From: Candidatus Latescibacterota bacterium
GTDB lineage: Bacteria; Latescibacterota; UBA2968; UBA8231
Direction: 5' to 3'
Length of the DNA stretch: 64,000 nt
NCBI GenBank assembly: GCA_965221775.1
Contig: CBDCSU010000005.1
Location: forward strand, 1,152,001-1,216,000
The notes under the pieces were generated by a model. That model was given only the letters and a program-made list of their open reading frames with translations, did no database searches and had not been told where the DNA came from. Position 1 is the first letter of the stretch. Each line of letters begins with the position of its first letter. The position numbers and the translations under genes were made by a program. Below are positions 60,501-64,000 of this stretch, in pieces.

Positions 60501-62160
60501 GAGCAACGCCTACAAGCTCAACGACACCCTCGACGTGACCGTCACCTTCAGCGAAGCGGCGACCGTCACCGGAACGCCGCAGGTCGACCTGACCCTCGGC
60601 TCCACCGAGCGCCCGGCCGACTACGAGAGCGGCTCGACCACGACCCAGCTGCTGTTCCAGTATGTGGTGCAGGACACCGACGAGGACGACAACGGCGCCG
60701 CCATCAACCAGAACGGCCTCAAGCTCAACAGCGGCCGCATCTTCATGCTCAGGAACAGCACCACGGTCAACGCCGATCTGGTCCACTCGGCCGTCGCCAG
60801 TCAGTCCCGCCACAAGGTCGACGGTATCGCGCCGATGTTCACGAAGGCCGAAGTGAATGACGACAAGCTGACGATAGAGTACGACGAAGTGCTCGACGGG
60901 GATACAACGCCGGCGCCCGCCGACTTCGCGGTCACCGTAGATGGCAGGTCGCGGAATGTCGAGTCGGTTGCTGTACGCGACAGCAAGGTGAAGCTCGACC
61001 TCGCGTCGGACGTGACGTCGGTACAGGTCGTGCTGCTTGGCTACACGCCCGGGACCAACCCGATCCGCGACCGGTCCAAGAACCCGGCCATTGCGCTGGA
61101 AGACGAAACGGTGACGAATCTGGACCAACGTCTGGCGCAGATCAATCTGCCCGAAGGGTTCCAGATTCGTGTGTACGCCGAAGGGGTGCGGGGCGCACGC
61201 TCGATGAGCCTCAGCCCGAACGGCACCCTCTACGTCGGCACCCGCTCCAGGGGCCACGTGTACGCGATACGCGACGAAGATGGCGACCACAACGCGGAGC
61301 GGATCATCACCCTGGCCAGCGGCCTCTATTACCCCAACGGTGTCGCCTTCAAGGACGGCAGTCTCTACGTAGCCGAAGCCCTCCGCATCCTGCGTTACCC
61401 CAACGTCGAGAATCGCCTCACGAACCCGCCGCAGCCGCAAGTCGTCAGCGACGACTTTCCCTTCACAAGCGGAGATGGCCATATCTGGAAATTCATCCGC
61501 TTCAGCCCCGACGATTCACTGTACGTGCCGGTGGGCTCGCCGTGCAACATCTGCAATCCGGGCAATCGATACGCCGTAATCGGCAGGGTAAGCGCCGATA
61601 GCACGTTCACTACCGTGGCGCGCGGCATTCGCAACACCGTCGGCTTCGATTGGCACCCGGACACCCACGAATTGTGGTTCACCGACAACGGACGAGATCG
61701 CATGGGTGATGACCAGCCGCCTGACGAACTGAACAGAATTTCCGCCGATGGTCAGCACTTCGGCTATCCCTACTGCCATGGCGCCGATACTGCCGATCCG
61801 CGATTCGGCTCTCAGCGTCCCTGCAGCGAGTTCGTGGCGCCGGTCATGGAACTGGGGCCGCACGTTGCGGCTCTGGGAATGCGTTTCTACACCGGCAGCA
61901 TGTTCCCAGAGCAGTACCGCAACCAGATCTTCATCGCAGAACACGGGTCGTGGGACCGAAGCAGCAAGGTCGGTTACCGCGTAACCCTGGTGCGCCTGAA
62001 TGGCAACGAAGCGACCAGCTACGAGGAATTCGCAACAGGCTGGCTACAGGGAGAAACGTACTGGGGCCGGCCGGTCGACATCCTCGTCATGAACGACGGC
62101 TCCCTGTTGGTGTCAGACGACCATGCCGGCATGATCTATCGGATCAGCTACTCGGAGTAA
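54586..62160 (+). CDS. 2524-aa surface protein: two YWTD (LDL-receptor class B) propellers, Ig domains, Pro/Gly linker, cadherin/FN3 stalk, SwmB-like repeat, C-terminal glucose/sorbosone dehydrogenase-family domain
   Basis: 12 LYWTD/IYWAD-type repeats; NxAPxF..DxD cadherin units; SLTVTW.EP FN3 units; LPEGFQI..YA, YVPVGSPCNIC, GIRNTVGFDW, WFTDNGRD, PPDELN, HVAALG, AEHGSW, GRPVD, SDD. Confidence 0.92.
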   Translation: MTCTTNLRAASVLARLAAVCLLCLLPGTLSESEVEGQGGDEDGGEAVPSRLYWTDAGTDKIQRSLLDGSEVEDVVTGPRQLRGLAVDLAGGRVYWADRRSGKIQRSDLEGYGERDVVTGLRHPRSLALDSAAGHLYWVDAGTDRVQRSDLNGSYVQDLVTEGLQIPVGLALDPDAGHLYWADSGTDKIQRCNLDGAGVEDLVSGLHTPQDLALDPGAGMIYWADSGTDRIQRSNLDGTGVEDVVTGLRLPQALALDAAAGHLYWVDAGTRKIQRCNLDGTGVEDLVTGLLLPWGLDLALTGPTNRAPTLAPITDQTLFAGDRVRLRLEGQDPDGDDLTWEAESSDEEVATVSVAAGVLLVEAVGPGQAATTVTVRDPDGLRAAQGFTVTVPSNRPPVAVTWLYWTDAGSGSIRRSRLDGSQVQDVVAGLGQPRGLALDAAGGRIYWTDSRADKIQRAALDGSMIEDLVTEGLRSPSGLAVDPAGGQVYWSDYGARRIQRADLDGASVEDVVTRGLREPLGLAVDASAGRLYWTDWGADRVQQSRLDGSGVRSLVTTGLQSPQDIAVDPLGGHLYWADFGTDKIQRSRLDGSEVEDLVAEGLHAPHGLALDAAGGGLYWTDYGTGRIQRANLDGSEVEDVITEDLDTPYGLALGAGLPARRVRAGHEPDTLSLAGRFLDPEGGALSYGAVSRDTSLASAEVSRDTLTITGVAPGQTSIAVTARDPEGLQTTLPLALRVLPPANRPPVLSPLSDLAALAGDTLTVGIEATDPDGDSLRYEAASADTAIAQAGTADSVITLLPIAAGETTVAVTVRDDSLAVADTFGVTVAWPNRAPQPGRLRARQVFLGGVARIVLRREFTDPDGDSLSYTAASRDSNVATVEVSRDTLTITPVAAGQTAIDMTATDPEGLQAAGSFALTVRRRPPPPPPGGGGGGGGGGGGFFIPPPPPPPPRTTNQAPVFPEAPSAERTLAENTPANRNIQHPVRATDADNDRLTYLLSGTDADSFSVVSTSGQLRTRSGITYDFELRDSYQLLLEAADGYGDTADIAVTVHLSDIDEPPRPPARPQVEPASSTSLTVTWTEPVNTGPDIDDYDVQYRKSGSFLPWPHSGPGTSTTIPDLDPGTRYEAQVRATNAEGTGGWSASGFGNTSANQRPVFDESAPTRSLAENTAGPQAIGSPVTATDPEFTSITYQLSGGDAASFTIDETSGQLRTRSGVDYDFETRSRYSVRVQAEDEHNGRTTITVTIDVTDDDNEQPERPDKPTVTASTSSSLAIRWTAPDNPGPAINDYDVQYSEDSGAFEDWSHTGPGTGTTITGLTANTLYQVQVLARSDEGESPWSESVEATTSANRAPTFNEGTSTTRRLAENTTGTQDIGNPITATDSDGGTPVYALAGTDGARFDIDADNGQLQTRSNETWDFEAKSRYEVTVRADDGQGGSNTIEVAIHLTDQQEPPETPSAPGVSAASSTSLTVTWSEPVNTGPDISDYDIQYRLRDTGSFRGWTHNSAERSATINLLIPDSTYQVQVRARNAEGASGWSPSGSGTTDPNGLPVFADGSSATRRLDENTAGVHTVGDPVRATDPEQTTLTYSLEGADADSFTVDTRNGQLRTRSGQTWDYETKSRYSVDVKAIDGHKGERTIPVTIDLNDLNEPPVFTSAAALEAAENQTFAGRVEAEDLDSVDGITGYTITGGADQSLLEVNSAGTLTFQEAPDFESPSDAGGNRQYNVTVTATGGTGGRALTASQAIAVTLTDENEPPVFTSADTIEVKENIRLAGPVVARDADAADGITGYAVTGGADQDDFEIAGTNQLRFTADPDFERPADSGGGNDYSVEVTATGGADPRDLTAAKTVVVLVEDVNEPPGQPDPPTVSDETESSLTVSWDEPANTGPVISNYHVQYRRRGAYIAWSDSGAARSRTITGLRSSSTYHIQVQAKNDEGEGLWSNAGSGRTHEAPTVSRVAFTSTPATGQSNAYKLNDTLDVTVTFSEAATVTGTPQVDLTLGSTERPADYESGSTTTQLLFQYVVQDTDEDDNGAAINQNGLKLNSGRIFMLRNSTTVNADLVHSAVASQSRHKVDGIAPMFTKAEVNDDKLTIEYDEVLDGDTTPAPADFAVTVDGRSRNVESVAVRDSKVKLDLASDVTSVQVVLLGYTPGTNPIRDRSKNPAIALEDETVTNLDQRLAQINLPEGFQIRVYAEGVRGARSMSLSPNGTLYVGTRSRGHVYAIRDEDGDHNAERIITLASGLYYPNGVAFKDGSLYVAEALRILRYPNVENRLTNPPQPQVVSDDFPFTSGDGHIWKFIRFSPDDSLYVPVGSPCNICNPGNRYAVIGRVSADSTFTTVARGIRNTVGFDWHPDTHELWFTDNGRDRMGDDQPPDELNRISADGQHFGYPYCHGADTADPRFGSQRPCSEFVAPVMELGPHVAALGMRFYTGSMFPEQYRNQIFIAEHGSWDRSSKVGYRVTLVRLNGNEATSYEEFATGWLQGETYWGRPVDILVMNDGSLLVSDDHAGMIYRISYSE

Positions 62161-62598
62161 CCCCATCTCTGGCGGGACCCGGAATTTCCCCCTACCGCCG
62201 CGGGTGGGCGCCGCAGTTGGCTCGCGACCAGACTCCGCGGAACCGCTCCCCAAACCAAGTGGTGGCCGAGGCGGCATCCTCTCCCCCAAGCAATTCCGCC
62301 CTTTCGGAGGAGCAGAGGCAGCCACGGCGGCTCCTGATGGGCAGCTACCAAGGGCGGGCTCAGGACCGGGAGCCGCCATCCGCAAGGGAGCCTCCAGAGG
62401 TGACGTCAAGGGGGTTGCCATGCGGGCTCAGGCTTCTGCGCGAGCCGATCGGAAGGGCGAGAGGGAGCTACCTCTGCATGCATGCATTCATGTATACTAT
62501 CCGGCCGGGCGGCTCCCCTGCCCTTGACGGCTCCGGGGCAAGAGACCTTGAGGTCTCCCCCGTTCGCCAATAGTGACCGACAAATCGAAGGCTTCGTA

Positions 62599-64000
62599 AT
62601 GGACCACCGACCCAACATCCTCTTCGTCATGTCCGACGACCACGCCTCCCACGCCATGAGCTGCTACGGGAGCCGCATCAACCGCACGCCCAACCTCGAC
62701 CGCATCGCCGACGAGGGCATGCGCTTCGACAACTGCTTCTGCACCAACGGCATCTGCACCCCCAGCCGGGCCGCCATCCTCACCGGCACCTACAACCACG
62801 TCAACCGCGTCACCACCCTGTCGACGCACATGGACAACCGCCTGACGACCTACCCGAAGCTGCTGCGCGAGGCGGGCTACCAGACGGCGCTCTTCGGAAA
62901 GTGGCACCTCGGCCAGGGGCCAGAACACGAGCCGGCGGGCTTCGACGACTGGTGCGTGCTGCCGGGGCAGGGCCTCTACCACAGCCCGGTGATGATCGAC
63001 CCTTCGGGCCAGAGCGTGCGCGTCGGCTACGTGACCGACGTGATCACCGACATGTCCCTGCAGTGGCTCCGCAACCGGGACCGCTCCCGGCCCTTCGCCC
63101 TCATGGTGCACCACAAGGCGCCGCACCGCGAGTGGGAGCCGGACGCCGCCCACGCGGCGATGTACGAGAGCGAGGAGATCCCCGAGCCGGAGACCTTCGA
63201 CGATGACTACCAGAACCGCTCGGCCGCGGCGGCGGCGGCGCGCATGCGCATGGAGGACCTGCAGTGGAAGGACCTGAAGGCCGACGTCCCCTCCGGCCTG
63301 TCGCCCGCCGAGGAGAGGAGCTGGCGCTACCAGCGCTACATCAAGGACTACCTGCGGGTGGTGGCCGCCGTCGACGACAACGTGGGACGCCTCCTCGACT
63401 ACCTCGACCGGGAGGGACTGACCGAGGACACCCTGGTCATCTACACCTCCGACCAGGGGTTCTTCCTCGGCGACCACGGCTGGTTCGACAAGCGCTTCAT
63501 GTACGAGGAGTCCCTGCGCATGCCCTTCGTGGCCCGCCTGCCGCGGGAGATCGAGGCGGGCACCACCTGTGACGAGTTCGTCCTCAACGTCGACTTCGCG
63601 CCGCTCTTCCTCGACCTGGCGGGGGTGACAATCCCCGACGAATTCCAGGGCCGCTCCTTCCGGCCGCTGCTGCACGGCGAGACACCTCCCGACTGGCAGC
63701 AGTCGATGTACTACCGCTACTGGATGCACGGCGACGGCGCCCACAACGTGTACGCCCACTACGGCGTGCGCACCCACCGCCACAAGCTGATCTACTTCTA
63801 CAACGACGGCTGCGGCCAAGCGGGCACCGGCGACGAGCGGCAGCCGCCGGAGTGGGAGTTGTTCGACCTGCAGGCCGACCGCAACGAGCTGCGCAGCCTC
63901 TACCACGACGAGGCCCACGCGGCCGTGCGCCGGGAGCTGACGGACGAGTTGCACCGGCTCCAGGCGGCCGTGGGTGATGAGCGCTATCCGCTGGACGACG
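62599..64000 (+). CDS. Cys-type S1 sulfatase (3' end just beyond window)
   Basis: Manual translation: MDHRPNILFVMSDDH, CTPSRAAILTG, GKWHLG, HKAPHR, YTSDQGFFLGDHG.FDKRFMYEES. Omitted from the ORF track because there is no stop in the window. Confidence 0.95.
   Translation, partial: MDHRPNILFVMSDDHASHAMSCYGSRINRTPNLDRIADEGMRFDNCFCTNGICTPSRAAILTGTYNHVNRVTTLSTHMDNRLTTYPKLLREAGYQTALFGKWHLGQGPEHEPAGFDDWCVLPGQGLYHSPVMIDPSGQSVRVGYVTDVITDMSLQWLRNRDRSRPFALMVHHKAPHREWEPDAAHAAMYESEEIPEPETFDDDYQNRSAAAAAARMRMEDLQWKDLKADVPSGLSPAEERSWRYQRYIKDYLRVVAAVDDNVGRLLDYLDREGLTEDTLVIYTSDQGFFLGDHGWFDKRFMYEESLRMPFVARLPREIEAGTTCDEFVLNVDFAPLFLDLAGVTIPDEFQGRSFRPLLHGETPPDWQQSMYYRYWMHGDGAHNVYAHYGVRTHRHKLIYFYNDGCGQAGTGDERQPPEWELFDLQADRNELRSLYHDEAHAAVRRELTDELHRLQAAVGDERYPLDD

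Noticed and set aside
62497-63954. 485-aa minus-strand ORF
   Set aside because: Antisense to the clear sulfatase gene.

Overview
Very GC-rich bacterial window with about 40 protein-coding genes. I found no rRNA, tRNA, CRISPR array or recognisable transposase. The repeat-rich secreted proteins (WD40, NHL, plant-type LRR, YWTD, cadherin, FN3), an ankyrin-type protein, FlgD-Ig C-terminal domains, a PhyH dioxygenase, PQQ dehydrogenases and a sulfatase suggest an FCB-group (Latescibacterota-like) host-associated organism, possibly a sponge symbiont (inference). Housekeeping genes are glnD, lon and hflX. Catabolic genes include diaminopropionate ammonia-lyase, a ProVWX-type ABC transporter, a DAO-family oxidase and hydantoinase B/A. 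Two real genes run off the window edges and are missing from the ORF track: a >1790-aa zincin/WD40/Ig/dockerin/FlgD protein (<1..5371, minus) and a sulfatase (62599..>64000, plus). The most striking unexplained structure is a LacI gene bracketed by ~300-bp diverged inverted repeats. Each arm carries twin ACACGTGT operators and a conserved foldable leader, and each points outward into a large secreted modular enzyme gene (a GH16 protein and a 2524-aa adhesin-dehydrogenase fusion). Other notable items are an RNase J-like MBL plus PD-(D/E)XK nuclease pair, a decayed RelE/HigB-like module, a four-fold stuttered RBS/start region, a leaderless hflX promoter, and several orphan gene 3' ends.
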